A stretch of DNA of 62,731 nucleotides, counting the filler, from Collodictyon triciliatum (taxonomy: Eukaryota): NCBI GenBank assembly GCA_043381765.1. It is 5 parts of 5 records of this genome, joined end to end, with 100 filler letters (N's around TTAATTAATTAA, not from the genome) between each part and the next. Parts side by side here need not be neighbours in the genome. Positions count along the whole stretch, not along the records: positions 1 to 18,373 come from JBHJMP010001376.1; 4 more parts are not named here. One strand, given 5' to 3'. Below the pieces are notes generated by a model. The model saw only the letters and a list, made by a program, of their open reading frames with translations, did not search any database and was not told where the DNA came from. Position 1 is the stretch's first letter, and every line of letters starts with the position of its first letter. The translations under genes were made by a program, and so were the position numbers. Of the stretch, positions 1 to 15,100 are shown in pieces.

Positions 1-120
1 AAAAAGAGAATAAAAAAAGAGAATAAAAAAAGAGAATAAAAAAAGAGAATAAAAAAAGAGAATAAAAAAAGAGAATAAAAAAAGAGAATAAAAAAAGAGA
101 ATAAAAAAAGAGAATAAAAA
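1..120. repeat. 13-bp tandem repeat (AAAAAAAGAGAAT)n
   Basis: About 9 perfect copies seen directly at the window start. Confidence 0.95.
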
Positions 121-166
121 CAATAACTTCCGGAAAACTTCAAATATTTTTTAATACGTGTCCTCC

Positions 167-3100
167 ATGTTTTGGTGGTTATTTTATATGAATCCCCAAA
201 ACAACCAACTAGATCAAATCGCATATCGAGGAGCAAGAGGAGTTCAAGTTTCACAGGAGACAATGGACGTCGTTCCTACTCTCTCTCAGTTCCTGGACCT
301 CCAGTCGCTTGGATTCTTACTGATCCCACTCCTACGGATCGGTGTAACATCCACTGAAACCATTGGCCTTCTGAGCGACGAGCTAAAGACTACACTACTT
401 GCAGGATTACGTGGGGAACAGTTGGAAATGGCTCTTTCATTCTTTTCCAAACTATCATCGTGGGCCAATCTCGTTGAACCCTCTGAAGCGTGGATATTCA
501 TTCATCACTCAGTACCCTCCATTGAGGAAATCGTTCGGAAGCATTCTTCTCCCAGTACAATCCCCTCTGACCCAGTTGCTTATTTCCAGGGATTGCCTCT
601 TAGGACAGAGACCTTCTCAAGTTTAATTGGTTTACTCTATGCAAGTATACCCGGAGCATCTCAAAACCCACCCACCCGGAACAAAGACACCCTGAAAATC
701 ATACCAGAGACACCCACACAAGACCCCACTGATAAGACCAACTTCAATAGCCTAAGTGTTGGGGCAAAAGTCGCAGAAGGTGGTCGAGGTACTGCTCGTT
801 TATTACCAAATTACTTTACAAAAATATTTCATTGACAATTCTTTATTTATACACATACTGAAATGATACATATTACCTCCCTTCAAAAATCAACCTTTTC
901 GACGAACTATTCATAAGATAGGCCCTTGTAATTCCTCTGTAAACTTTAATTTTTTTTTTTACCTCCCAAACTCTTGTTTTAGTCAACCATGGTAAGGAAA
1001 AAGAAGAGCAAAACCAAAAGCGACCAGGAGCTTCGTCCTCAGACTCCAACATGGACCAAGGAAACAGAGAAGAGGCATCCTACTCTAGGAAAAGACCATC
1101 AACCGAACGTGATAAAGCTCCTTTAGATTCTTTATTGAATACTATCAAACAAGACAAAAATATGTTTATGCGATATGTCGCCTCTAATACTCCCCAAGGG
1201 GTGGAAGAAAAAATCGCAGATATCGTCAAAAAACGAAGAGAGGTAGAGCCTGTGACAGGAGATGGTCCAACAAATCAGAACCATACCGATAGTTACAAAG
1301 GGAATCAGCCTAAGCATAGAAGTTCTGAGCATGACAACGGGAATCAAAACCAATCGATCGTTTCGGGACGACAAACGACGGTTGTACAAGATTCTAGCCC
1401 CAATTCAGGTGATCTGCACATTTTTGTTCACTTTGAGGACGAAATTTATAGTTCAGAGGTAACTCCGTTTCTTCTTTCCACCGCTCCAAGTCTTGGTTCC
1501 TACGAATCCATCGCTTTAGTACCAGAGCTGGACCGATTTCAAGGTTTACATATGATAAATATTCCGTGTGCTCATTGCATACCAGACGAAGAGATTGTTT
1601 TGACGCTGCTTCTGGTCAATAATCACACAAAACAGCCTGCAGAGGTGTTGCATTATACAATTCGTTATCAATCATCTTTTTCTGTTTTGTTGGTAAAGCA
1701 TCAAATTGAAGGAAACCAAAAAGCTGAAGAAAAACCCTTCCCGATTGATTTATATATTCAAGCTTTGGCTCACCTTTTTTCCGGAAAGCTTTCCTCTGTG
1801 ACATCTGTCCTCTATCCACCCCCACCTTCACAGCTTCTCATGATGGTATTCAACCCTATCGAATCCCTCAAAGCACAGCTGCGTCCTCTACACATCTGGA
1901 AACTCCTTTCTTTACTATATGAGCTGAAGCCGCCCAACATTTTTGAGCTTTCTACATATGTACTGTTTCATGTTTACAACAATAAGTTCTACGGGAATCT
2001 GTCTATAATCCCAGCCAAGGCCAACAACACGATGATATGTCCGCTTCTCTGTGAAGTTTTTAATTTTTTCGAGTTGTCAATTTCACAAGGTCGAGGAGAT
2101 ATCATACCAAAGAATGTACTATTTACTAGCCTCCATTATCTTCTACTGGACTTAATAAGCCTTTCTGATGAGGATTTCATTCCAGTTCTAGCTTTATTCA
2201 ATTTGTCTATCCACAAAACACCAGGTATATCATTTTCGGTTGTTGAAAAGTTGGAATATAATATGAAATCAAAGAAAGAGAGGTCCGACACATGCATCGA
2301 AAGTATGCTCAAATCATTTAGACAGCTTTTAAATCACCATGAGATTCAGCATATGGCTTTCCATCCCCTCTCTGTATGCACTCTTCTGAGTTCTGTGCTC
2401 CCGCTTACTGCATCAATTAGATTTATGTCATGCATTCTGGAATGCCTTGATTTTAATGGGTCAGGAAGTTCAGATATGATGGATTCTAATGTCCTTTCTC
2501 TGACTAATATCCGTGATGAATTTGTTCATGGTATCGCTAAGGAATACAAAGATAAATTGAACATTATTGAATTGAGGCAAATAGTACAGACTCTACATGG
2601 AAGGGGCTGGACCCGACACTCTTACGACTGCTTTTGTGACCTCATCGAGAGAACAATCTTGACAAAAAGATCCTCTAGCATTCTATTTGATCTGATAGTG
2701 GCCGGTAAAGATTTATTGAACGACCGTCTTGTGCAGTCTATTTTATCCAGCCCGGTTGTTTGCTCGTGGAATTATATTACCCGATGGTTATTTATTATTT
2801 TCGAATCAAATCCTATGAAGCCAATCGTCAAGGAGCTGGAAGAGGGCATCCTAACGTCGTTTTTAAATATGCAATATGACCTCCATGCAAGTTTTACAGA
2901 GCTTTTGGTCTCAATATCCGATTTTTTTTCAGTCATAAAGAATGTTACCGTGCAAAATGCTCTTATATCCGCATTTTCAAAGTACATACATACNNNNNNN
3001 NNNNNNNNNNNNNNNNNNNNNNNNNNNNNNNNNNNNNNNNNNNNNNNNNNNNNNNNNNNNNNNNNNNNNNNNNNNNNNNNNNNNNNNNNNNNNNNNNNNN

Positions 3101-6100
3101 NNNNNNNNNNNNNNNNNNNNNNNNNNNNNNNNNNNNNNNNNNNNNNNNNNNNNNNNNNNNNNNNNNNNNNNNNNNNNNNNNNNNNNNNNNNNNNNNNNNN
3201 NNNNNNNNNNNNNNNNNNNNNNNNNNNNNNNNNNNNNNNNNNNNNNNNNNNNNNNNNNNNNNNNNNNNNNNNNNNNNNNNNNNNNNNNNNNNNNNNNNNN
3301 NNNNNNNNNNNNNNNNNNNNNNNNNNNNNNNNNNNNNNNNNNNNNNNNNNNNNNNNNNNNNNNNNNNNNNNNNNNNNNNNNNNNNNNNNNNNNNNNNNNN
3401 NNNNNNNNAACAGGACATAGTTTCTCATAACTCGATCACTGATGAGTTGATTTGTGCATCTCTATCATGGATTGGATTGCCAAAATCGACCTCGGAGTTG
3501 ATTCACACGATGAATACATGGGGGCCGTTTTACGGAAATCTCAAGTTATACGAAGGCTATTTGAGCAAGAACTTGAGAGAACGTTACAAAAAGCTTCATA
3601 GCATGATTAAGTCTTCAGGAGACCTGATCATTTCAGAAAATATATCATTTAATCTCATTGAAGATTTTCATCGATATAAAGAAAAGTTATCTATAATATT
3701 TGAAAGTGCTGTCGTTTCAAAATTTAATGAATTGTTTCATACTTTCACTGAATGGAAAAATTTGGTCAAATACTTGGATAGCTTTTGTCATGAGTTCTTA
3801 TCAACATTGGAAAATAAGTCTATATTCAACGCTGTGTTGGTTCATCTCTCAGAAATCAACGAATTATGGGGAAATTTAACCCCACTAACAGCCAAATCAA
3901 CAATATCGCTTGACGCATTGTGCCCATACATGCACTTCTTTTATTCCCTACGAAAGAACCCCATTTTTATGAATTGTTGGAAACATCATCTACAAAAGAG
4001 CCAAAACTCGATTTTCTCAGCTCAAGTCACACCAGCAAACCCTTTGGACATGCATGTCATTCAAAATCTGATCAAAGTCCTGGTGGGTCCTGTTGCATTG
4101 AGTTCTGCTACATTTTTACAACAAATAGACTCTAGAACTCTTGACATTGTCAGATTTAGTGATTTCTGTTCGCCCCAGTCGGTGGAGCGTGACGTTATCG
4201 AAATGAATGATTCCATAAAATTGATAAGTCTTCCACCAGTTTCTATCAACAAGGATACTCTGCGAAAACTCTCAATATATCAAAAGATGATTCGGTCTCT
4301 CGAACCCATAAACAAGCTCCTTTCAGAGTTATCAATTGATGAGATGCTTTCTCCAGGCAGTCAGCTGCAGAAAATCAGAGCAGAATTCAGCCAGTTGCTT
4401 TCTAGAGTCCATACACCCCCTTCATCTTCTGAGGCGATGGACACATCTGACTCTCACGAGAAAACGAAACTTAGTCTGAATATTCTATGCGAAAATTGGA
4501 CTCCATCCTATGACTTGTTTTATCAAATCAATGACATTTCTGTCTACATATTGAATATTACGACGTCTTTTATAATTGGATTTCTGGAAAAGCTTAATGG
4601 CGGCAATTGGGAGGGAATTTCTACCTTGTTTGAAATGTGCACAGTAAGGTCAAAGTCTGACGTTCATCATCGATTAATCAGAGATTTACGAACAACCTGG
4701 CAAATTTATCACCCAGTGCTACTATGGAAGCGAACTTCGCCTCGCACTTTGGAGGGATTCATAGAATCAATATGCTCCAATCATTTCTCAGAGTCATCCC
4801 TAGAGGCCATACACAAAGTCTGCGATAATGTTGAAGCCATCGAAACTATACTCTCTAACGCTCTTCAAACCCCATCTAGTCAAGCCCTTATTGACATGAA
4901 GTCTATCAGCCAGCATTCTCAATTTCACATCCTTCTTTCCCTTACCGAAACAACCCTAAAGACAGTTCCTACTGGCGATTTTGAAAGAGAGAATGCAATC
5001 AAATCTTTCAACATTGACGACCTGGAGGCTCTAAAATCACGTTTGAATCTGATTTTGTCGCTTGGCAGGGAGAGTGAAGAATCGAAGATGGAGGCCATCA
5101 AAGAATTCATCGAATGTATCCAAGCATTGTTTAAACTGTTTCATTTGCTGTGTGAGTTGCATAAAATAGGCCACCCTGAATACATTAATCAATCATTTGT
5201 TTTCTCTCCGCCATTTCTAATTACTGAGATAAATGAAAAATACAAAAATGACGAATCAAAGTTGACCAGTCTCAAAAATCACGTTAAGGACCTTCGTTAC
5301 ACTCATTATGTGGTGAATTTCTTTACTACAAGGCAGCTACTCCATCTGGTATGGCTCGGTTATCCATTCAAAATCCCTGGTGAAGCTCATTTTCTGCATT
5401 CCATAAGGAAGCTGATACCTCAAGAGAGCGACGAGGGTATTAGATCCATTCTACAGCACTCCTTGGTTGAGAGGGACTCTGATTATACCATAAATGAAAA
5501 GTTGACCCTTTTGTGCTCCAGAATAGAAAAGCTCAGTGACTTTATGTTCGAACCGACAAAAGAGGCCTTGAGACTACCTGCAGCTCCATTGGATTGGCAT
5601 GTTCTTCGTCGCAATGAGCCAAATGTTCTACTGGCTCCCGATTCTGCGTCCTTATGGACAATATGTCTGTCTCTATTTTATGGAATTATGTCTCGGCTAC
5701 CTTTGGTGGATGAGGTGCTTGATTGTACTCCTAGCACCTCGCTAGAAACTGTGGAAAACTTCCTTCGACGTTGCTTCAAAAACAATACAAATAGAGGGTT
5801 ACTCTATATTCTGCTAGACCCTGAAAACTTGCTATTCGACATTCAAGAATCTGCATCTAGATTCATGAAAGCAGAGATGCCCACCACATTTCCCCCCTTA
5901 CTAGTTATTTTGTCAAAGTCGAAAGAGCGCCAGCCCTTATTGGCCTCGCTATCAAAATGTCGCCGTGTTATGTCGCGTTCTAGCTACGATGTCGAAACAC
6001 TTCGACAAACAACTCATGAACTTTTGCGAAAAGAGTTGTTGGATATTCATATATTAACAACTGATAGCCCTGGCGCCGGAAAAACCTTTTTTGTCAAATC

Positions 6101-9100
6101 AAAGTTCAGAGAAGCATCCATCCCATTCAAGTCAATACAGATGAATGCTTCTACTTCTTTTGAACACGTTGTGGAACAAGTACAGACTTCTTTGGAAAAG
6201 CATAATTATCTCTACTTCAACCTCGGTGTAACGTCGATTGCAGAAGTTTCCAAATTGTTCTTCAGATTGCTGATACAAAAGAGTCTTGAGACTGAGAATG
6301 GTTTATTGGCTCGCATACAAGGCTCTTGCGTATGTTTCCTTATCATTTTTATTTCCCTTCTTTTCTGCTTTAATTTTCATATTAATTTAACAAATATATT
6401 TTTCAGTTTTGGCACTTTGATTACATTTTTTCAAAATTTTATTTCATAGACCATTTTTATTGAAGTCCCAAACATGAACACTGGTGTCACGCACCCCGCC
6501 AGAGAATTTTTGGACATTCTCCCAATCACAACAGTCAATACTGAATTGGACGTTACTATGAATAATCCGGATATGATAGTCCACAGAGCACATGGTATTC
6601 CACAGAACATGATACAATATGTCTGTAAAACAATCAACTTCCTCCAAGAGAAAAGGATTCGCAGTAATATTTGTGACCCGTCCAAATTGCCAGCCCTTAC
6701 CGCTCAGGCGTATGATTTGTCTCATGGCTCGTGCCATTTAAAACATGAATACTCTTGACTTCATAAAACCTCTATAACTGTATAATTATTATGATTATTC
6801 CTTTTTTTTTAACATTATAATTAATTGTTTATGATTCATTCTATCTTCACTTTTATTAGCAAACCAAAAAGCTATTTCTATCAATATAACATAGTTGCCA
6901 GGAAATTTTGGACCAGCGATGTAGACAGAAACGACCACTACAAATGAATTTTGTCAAAGTATGTTACAGTCAAATGTCTCTGTATGAAGGTAGCCCCTAC
7001 CTAGCACCCAGACAAATTATGGAATACACCAAAATTCGAGAGCACCTAATAGAGACACTGCTGGAGGCAGCACTCGATTTCTCATCAAACTCTTTAGATG
7101 AGTCTATGATGGATGAAGGAACATATAGGAATCATACTCAATATCATCACTTCAAGTTAACGAGGCTGTGGTCCGACTCTGAGCATCCATTGGTCCTTTT
7201 CAATTATAAAGGAGAGGGGTCGTTGACAGCTTTGGTTCCCTCTACAAAGGAATCTTACAGATTTATTCTGGACAAACTGAAGGCTATGAAACTCAATCCG
7301 CCTGATCTAAAAACTCTTACAAAGAAGGACTCTTATAAAGTGCTATCTATTCTCTTTGGCGAATCACCTCAAAAAATTGAAAGCATAGCAGAAGTTCCTG
7401 GCAAGGAATTTATTTTGACGAAAGACAACTTGCTAAAAATGATTTCCATATTTTTCCGATTGAAAGCCGGCTTGCCAGTAATAATTATGGTAGAGCTTAT
7501 GAAAAATATCATTAGTATCTTGAACCTTAAGATGACATTTCATATTTTTCCATTTGAATTTAACCTTAATTTACAGAAAAGACTATTTTTTAATTGTATT
7601 TCATTAAGTCACGTTAACTAAAGCACCATAAAATAAATAGGGAGAGACAGGCTGTGGAAAAACACGCCTTATTCGATTCCTTTGCGATGTGATGGATGGT
7701 TTCAGTTTGAATTTAGATGTTCATGGTCAGTTTTTAATCTTGGATTAATAAGAGAAAGACAACAGACAAAAAGACAAAAAATTGATATGGTAACCTCATA
7801 AATTCTGCTTCATCTTATTTGAAATTATTTTACATTAAATACCAAGGTGGAATCAAGGAAACTGATGTTAAGGCAAAAATCACGGAGGCAATAGGTAGAT
7901 TTATATTTCGAACCAAAATAGCAATTTTTTTTTTAATGAACGAAGGTTTTTTTTTTTTGTTAATGTTTTTCTTTGCTGTGTCCAAAGCTCTATCCCAGGA
8001 ACATCCAAAAAGACCTGTTTATGTTTTCTTCGACGAGATTAACACTGCAAATTGCATGGGGCTATTCAAAGGTAAAAATTAATCAATAAAAAAATCAAGC
8101 CTTTCCATCAAAAGAGGAGCATGCAAAAGTAGTATTATTCATAGTAACTAAAGTATGGATTACAATAAGTTAATATTCCATAACATCGATACAGAGTGTC
8201 TCTGCGACAGAAGCTGCGACGGTCTTCCATTTCCACCCAATCTGTTCATAATTGGGGCATGCAATCCATATCGATTTTACACAGAAACAGAGAATAGAGC
8301 AGTGGCTGGGTTAATCTTTAAGTATTCATCGCCAGAAAGTCATGTTCTTAAGGATGATATTTTGGACAAACTTGTGTACTTGGTCTATCCTATACCCCCT
8401 TCCATGGCTTTGCATGTCTGGGATTTTGGCTCATTGTCAGAAGTTGATGAAACTGAATATGTATCTCACATTGTGAAGAATGATTCGTTGAGTGTAAGTG
8501 TATATGCTCATAGATTGAGTTGTATTTTAGTACAACACTTATTTCTCCCATTTCATATTGTCTACTTGTGTATTTTATGTATTATTGTTATCAGTTCATT
8601 TTTTAGCCCTCTTACATAAATCACTATATTCATTTTGTTGTTGTTGGTTATAATTTTGAGTCGCAATATTACATCTTATTTGAAATTTCCACGCTTAGGT
8701 CGAAAACCAGGAGTTGTTTACGAAGGTGGTCATGATAGCACAAAGATTCCTTCGGTCATTCTACAAGGACCCTTCATGCGTGAGTCTTCGAGATGTTCAT
8801 CGTTGTGCTGCCCTTCAAAAATGGTTCTTTTCTCTTGAGTCGGAGCGGCAAGCATTCTTTGAAGCCGAAAGGGAGAGAGGGAAGGTATTCCCTGTTGTCA
8901 ATCCCGAAACTCGATCTATCGTTTTGGCTGTGGGTTGCTGCTACTATTATAGATTGAGGTACGTGAAAAAAATGATTTGATGTGCACACTGTCCAAATGA
9001 AGTAGCTACACCATTTAAGAAGGTTGCTCATATTTTCCTTTATGATATCACCAAAATTTATTGAATAGTTCGCAAAACCGATCAAAAATCTCTCTTGAGA

Positions 9101-12100
9101 TCTCCTCCGCAACCGTACCTGCACAAGACAAGTATCGCTCAAAGTTAACAGCTGGCGCTCGACCAAAAATTCAATCCACTGATTTCCAGACCATCCTCGA
9201 CGCAGAACAAAAGTGCTACATGAATTCTTTGAAATTTCCACCCAATACATCCTGCAATTTTGCGCTGACAGAGAATTTATTTTTGATGATTGTGGCTATA
9301 TTCAACTTAATGCCCGTTTTGGTAAGTGTTTACATTAATTTTTCGTTTATATACTCATAATCAAACACTTTCATGTCTAGCTCCACCAAGTGATGTTAAA
9401 TTAGCAATTTTAAAACAAAATAAACAGATTGTCGGAAAGCCTGGGTCCTCCAAATCATATGCCATTCAGGTTCTGAAGAATAATTTTAATGTTGAAAAGA
9501 AAAAGTCTGGAATATTCTCTACTTTCCCATCTTTGGTTTTTTACACATACCAATGTTCGCCTTTGTCGACAGCTTCAGGCAAGAATTGCGTCATTACCCA
9601 TAATTCTTTCTTTTTCATTCTGTATGCTTGCCTGTCACCGCCTAGTTTCTACTCGTTTTACAAATTGTATCCCACCAAATTTAACGATACCTTGTTATAA
9701 AGGTATTATGGATGTGTACAATAGAGCCAAAATAGGACAAACGACGAACATGCTCCCAGTTGTTTTACTTGATGAAGTTGGCTTAGCAGAGCAGAGTCCA
9801 GAACTCCCGCTAAAAATTCTTCATTGGATTCTTGATAAACCCTCTATAGCTGTGGTAGGAATCTCTAACTGGGAGTTAGATGCAGCCAAATCAAATCGAA
9901 TGGTAATTTTTGGAAACCTTTGCAGCTGTCATAGTCATTATTTTTCAAATAAAGGAGTCCTTCACCTTTTTTTTTTGTAGTTATTTTTTTTATTTTTTTG
10001 AAGGATAACAGATATTTTCACAAAATTCTGAAAAATTTCATCAAAAAGTCCATTATGTTCCCAATGAATTCTCCATATTTGCAATAATGTGATGAAACAC
10101 TGTCCTATAGCTGGTATTGAATAGACCAGACCCCAGCGTCCAGGATTTGTCGAAAACAGCTGCTGAAATCCTGGGCTATAGTCAAGAGCTTCACAGAGCT
10201 GAATTGGCGGCATTAGAAAGAATTTCATCAGCCTATAGAACAGTGTATGTCAATCATCAACCAACTCTATGGTTGCAGCAACAGGGCAAACATCAGCAGG
10301 AACCATCTAAAGCGAAGGACGATTACTTTGGTAATACTCTTTATTTAGTTTATTTTCGGCACATATCAAGCTTTCTTTCCTGTCATCTAGTAATCAATCA
10401 CTTCAAACATATCTTACATCCCAAACATTTATTCTCTATCTGTATTCTTTAGGCATGCTACTCTTTTTATATATATATATATACTCGTTGTATTCACTTT
10501 TAATTGAGCAAGCAACATCTATTGCTTTTGTCCTAAATTTAAATGTCCAATATGTCGTTTTTTGACTATCGTTGTTTTTAGGATTGAGAGATTTCTACAG
10601 TTTCGTAAAATTCATGAAACGCCACTCTTTGAGAATAAGCAGCGAATCTATATGCGAAGCGGTGTGCCGTAACTTAAATGGTGATAAGAAAGAAGTTCTC
10701 TTTGAAAAACTTGAGGTTTTCAAAAAACATCTTGGTGTGCAGGACCTTGCACCTATCCCGACGGTAGATTTAGTGTTGGGCAATCTAAGTGACAAGGCCT
10801 CCCGGCACTTGATGTTAATAACCGAAAATAACTATGGATTACAATATCTTATTGACGAAAATATTTTAAGACAAGGTTCTGCCAGAATTCTGTATGCCGC
10901 AGATTATACAGACAATAAAGGAGAGGCATATATTAGCCGAATTTTGTTCCAATTTCGTGAATGCATGGAAGCAGGTCACTGTGTCATCCTCATTCAACAA
11001 CAAAATATATACGAGAGTCTATACGACGTTCTTAACCAAGTAATCATGACAATCAATGAATTATCCATACTTCTCCACTAACATAGGTGTTTTTTTGTTT
11101 TGTTTTTAATCAGGCTTTTTATATGGTACTTTGATGTTTCATGAACATTTTCAAATTGAGAACAATTCTGCATTATAGCATTACGTGACCGTTAACAGCC
11201 AAAAATGGTGCTACCTTCCTATTGGCTCCCACGCAGAGGAGTTGTATGTAGTGCATGAACGCTTTAAATGCATAGTTGTTTGCAATCCCGTGGATGCATT
11301 TTCGCTTCCTCCACAAGGACTGCCTCCTCCTTTCCTAAATAGATTTGAAAAACAAATGGTGACAACCAAGGAACTTCTCAACGACTTACATCAGACAGTC
11401 ATCTCCATGCTAACGGTATAAAAATCTATCATTAAACATCATATTAAGTAGGGCTCTGCCAAATAATTCTATTGTGCAGAAATCGAGACAGTATATAATG
11501 CGTGTATCATGAATCATGTATGCTTAATAGGAATGGGTCTCCTGGTTGACGCAGGGACAAAACTTTTGGAGACCTGATAACATATTCGCTGCATACAGTG
11601 AGAAAATGTATGAATCCTTGGCAATATCTGTCTGTAATAGCATAAATAGTACTCAAGAAGCATTCGAAATGGCAAGGAATCATTTACTGTGGATTTCGAA
11701 GCCAGAATGGATCTTATATACAAAAGGAAAACCTGTATTATTTACTTATTTATTTCTTAAACAAGGACAATAATTTTATTACTAGAGTATCTTTTATATT
11801 TCTGTTTCAAAGATTAAAATAAAAAATACATCTTTCACCTCAATAAGTTGTTTATTTTTTTCACTAATAGGTCTCAGAATCCCCCAGCATATTCGATATT
11901 TACTTTCACAAGCAGATCCATCAAAACTTTGCTGATTTACTCTTCTTTATTAAAGATGGAAAATTGGGAGATAATTTTCCTCATGTTAGGAGAAAGAGTT
12001 TGCACTTGTCTATTTGGACCCATTCCATAGCTACTAGTCTGGATCAGGTACAAAAGTTTGTCACCATGAGGTTCGGTTATGATGTGATGAGCTTTGACCT

Positions 12101-15100
12101 CGGTTGCTTACCCACCGAAAACGAGCTGCATGACATCTTATCAAAATTCTACGAAAAGCCTGGGGAAGCTTTTCTGTTTGTTTCCTTTCAGTCATCCTAT
12201 TGCTCTCCAGAACGGTTAGACCACCTCAAGTTCGCTTGTCTAAATTATCACCAATCATTCGAGGCAGTGAATCAGAAGCATATCATACTATTTCATTACA
12301 TATCGCGCACTTCTCTCAGAGGTGGCAAAAGCCAGATTCACAAGAACACATCCAAGAGACAGACCTCCATCTCTTTTGATAGAACATGGGTCAATATATA
12401 TTTGGACAGTCTCCTTCCTGGAAGTTATGAAGATGTTCCTGAATTCACCACCTTAGCGCAAAAATCATTTTCTGAGGCTATATGTGACCCTAGTGTCATT
12501 GACCTGAGTCGACTAATTGAAAAAGAGTTTGGTAGGGCTATGCCCATATCGATGTCAATAGCTGGATCTGGATGGACGGAACAAATATCGTTGTTCTCCA
12601 AATTGTTTTCAAGTAGCGGTGACACTGAGTTTCGGAAAAAATTTATCGCTAGACTCCAAAGTTCCTTGAAAATAAAAGCGAATGAAGCCGACGGGTCTTT
12701 GATTTGGTCTCACCAAGATGAGGACGACATTAGGCTACTTGAGAGAGAGGGAACTCTGAGAAACACCATGTACGAAAAGGTGAAAGAAATATTTTATGTT
12801 GAGTTGTCTTCCATTTTGGACATAATTTGTTATGGGCACAACTTGAGGTTGTTGGACTCTGAAGAATTGGGACTGCTCAGAGACACCGTCCGGGAGATTT
12901 GGTTACAATTTCTATCATCAGACCACATTTGGAAGGTGGAGGGCACTTTGAAAAAGGGTCAGGCAAGCTCAGGACTGTCAAGGCGTGTTTTACAGACTGG
13001 AACTAAGGTGATGTTTCCATTTAGTACATGCGTTTCCGAAAAACTGGAAAGCTATCATGGAGAAATTGGGGCGAGCTTGGAAGCATCAAGGAATACTCAA
13101 GGGTGTCTAACATCGCTCGAGGGCATCACTAGAATTACGTTCCCTTTCATATATTCCATGTCTCTGGATTTCGTAAATTTATTGACTTTGAATTACGTCT
13201 CTGACTTTGTTCGTTCCTTGGAGATTCTATCGATTCACAAAAACTTTGAAGTCCGGGAGACGGTATCGACATTTTTTTCTGAATTTTTCCATATCGCCAT
13301 AGAATCCTTGAAAGTGAGGCCTTACATACACACCGTCCATGTAGTCTATTGGACTTATCGATCTTGTTTGCATGAAATGAACCACATACTGCTTTATACT
13401 TGCAGGACAACCGCGCAGAGACTTGTCGAATCTTGCCGCAAGCTGAAAACACATTCGGTTGTGAATATTTTGATTTGTTATCTCGATATAGTTATGCAAG
13501 ACCCTAGTTTTCATCAAAGCGATTCGGGATGGCTATTATTCAAACTTCGAAAGGTTCTCACAATCTTGGAAAATGAAATTAAACTGTCAAGACCATCCAA
13601 TCTTACAAATCCAATTGCAGACACGGAGGTAGAGAAAGTAGCTATTCGCTATCACTTACTGCACATATCCCACACGATTACATCTCGTGTGCACACCTCC
13701 CATGCTCGAGAGGTTTGTTCATCATATTTGCTGTCGCTTGAATCTGTTGTGAAGCATATGACCGATATAAACTCGACTTTATTGTGGCACTCTGTGGTGA
13801 GGCTATGCAACAAACTTTCCTCTGATTCCGATGAACCCAGTGAACATTTGAACGGTATACCCCATGACATTCTTGTGAATATAATTATCACGCTCCCAAT
13901 CTCTGACCCTGAATTAGCAAATGAAATCTCTGGAATTATTCTGAATCTTGAGACATATGCATCTTCCCACAATATCATGTTTGAGGCTAGTATGCGCGCT
14001 TCCATTCTTAGTCAATGTCTACTGATTGAGGGTTGTTCCTGGGGAAGCAGTCAAATTCGAAAATATCTGTCTGTTAAATTGGCATCTTTAACAGATATCA
14101 ACTGTGAAGTTTCTGCACTCTACTGTGAAACATTCCAAGACTATCTGAGCTCATCGGTTCGGCTTGATATTCATAAAATGCGAGGACTGATGAAGAATTA
14201 TGGGTTTAAGATTGGTTCTACTATCGAAATATTGGAGTCACTGGCGCACAAAAAGCAATTTATTGACATGTTATCGATGGAAATTGTGTCTTTTTATCGC
14301 GAAAATCAAATTATAACTGAAGAACTAAGCCAATTATTTGGAGAGTTTTTGCAGGAAATTGAAGACCCATTCTTGGTGCCGCTAATAAAATACGCAATTA
14401 AAAGGCTATATACAAATGGAGGATTTCACTTGGCAAGAACACTGATTTTATTGCTTTTGAGGAAACATTCTACGTTGAAATGTTCCCTCATCATTCAGAA
14501 GTTCAGTCAGCAAAACTCAAATCATATTCCCTTATCGGTCCCATTTTCACACATGCCCAATCTAACACATAACCATGATAATTATGTGAAAACGTATGCA
14601 GCCATAGCAGAGTGTATAGAGTATTCCATATCTGGAGCGATGAACTCACTGCAGAGCCTGAAAAAATTGATGGATTCTCCTGTGTTCAAGAGAGCTTTTA
14701 TATTGACAATTTTTGATCGGGTATTTTTTTATTTCATCTCTGGTCTCTCTCTCTCTCTTTTTATTTTTAATCTGATCATTTTCCCTTCTAAAATCTTCTA
14801 CCATCATATATTACGTAGCTGTTAAAATTCTCATTCAAATGTTAACCACCGTGATTCTTTATTTTGTTCATGTATTTGAAGGTCTATTTAAGGTACGCCT
14901 CAAACGACCCGACAACAAGGAAGATGAACTTGAAAGAAATAGAAGAATTTGTGGAAGAGCTACCATGGCCGCGACATGAAAAACCATTTTTAAGGTCTTT
15001 GGTCCGAAATCAGTTCCCGACCCAAGAATTTACTGCAAAGCCTGATATTTCACACGTGAATGCATACATGATAGCACAAATTGTGCACTTCTATGCGACA

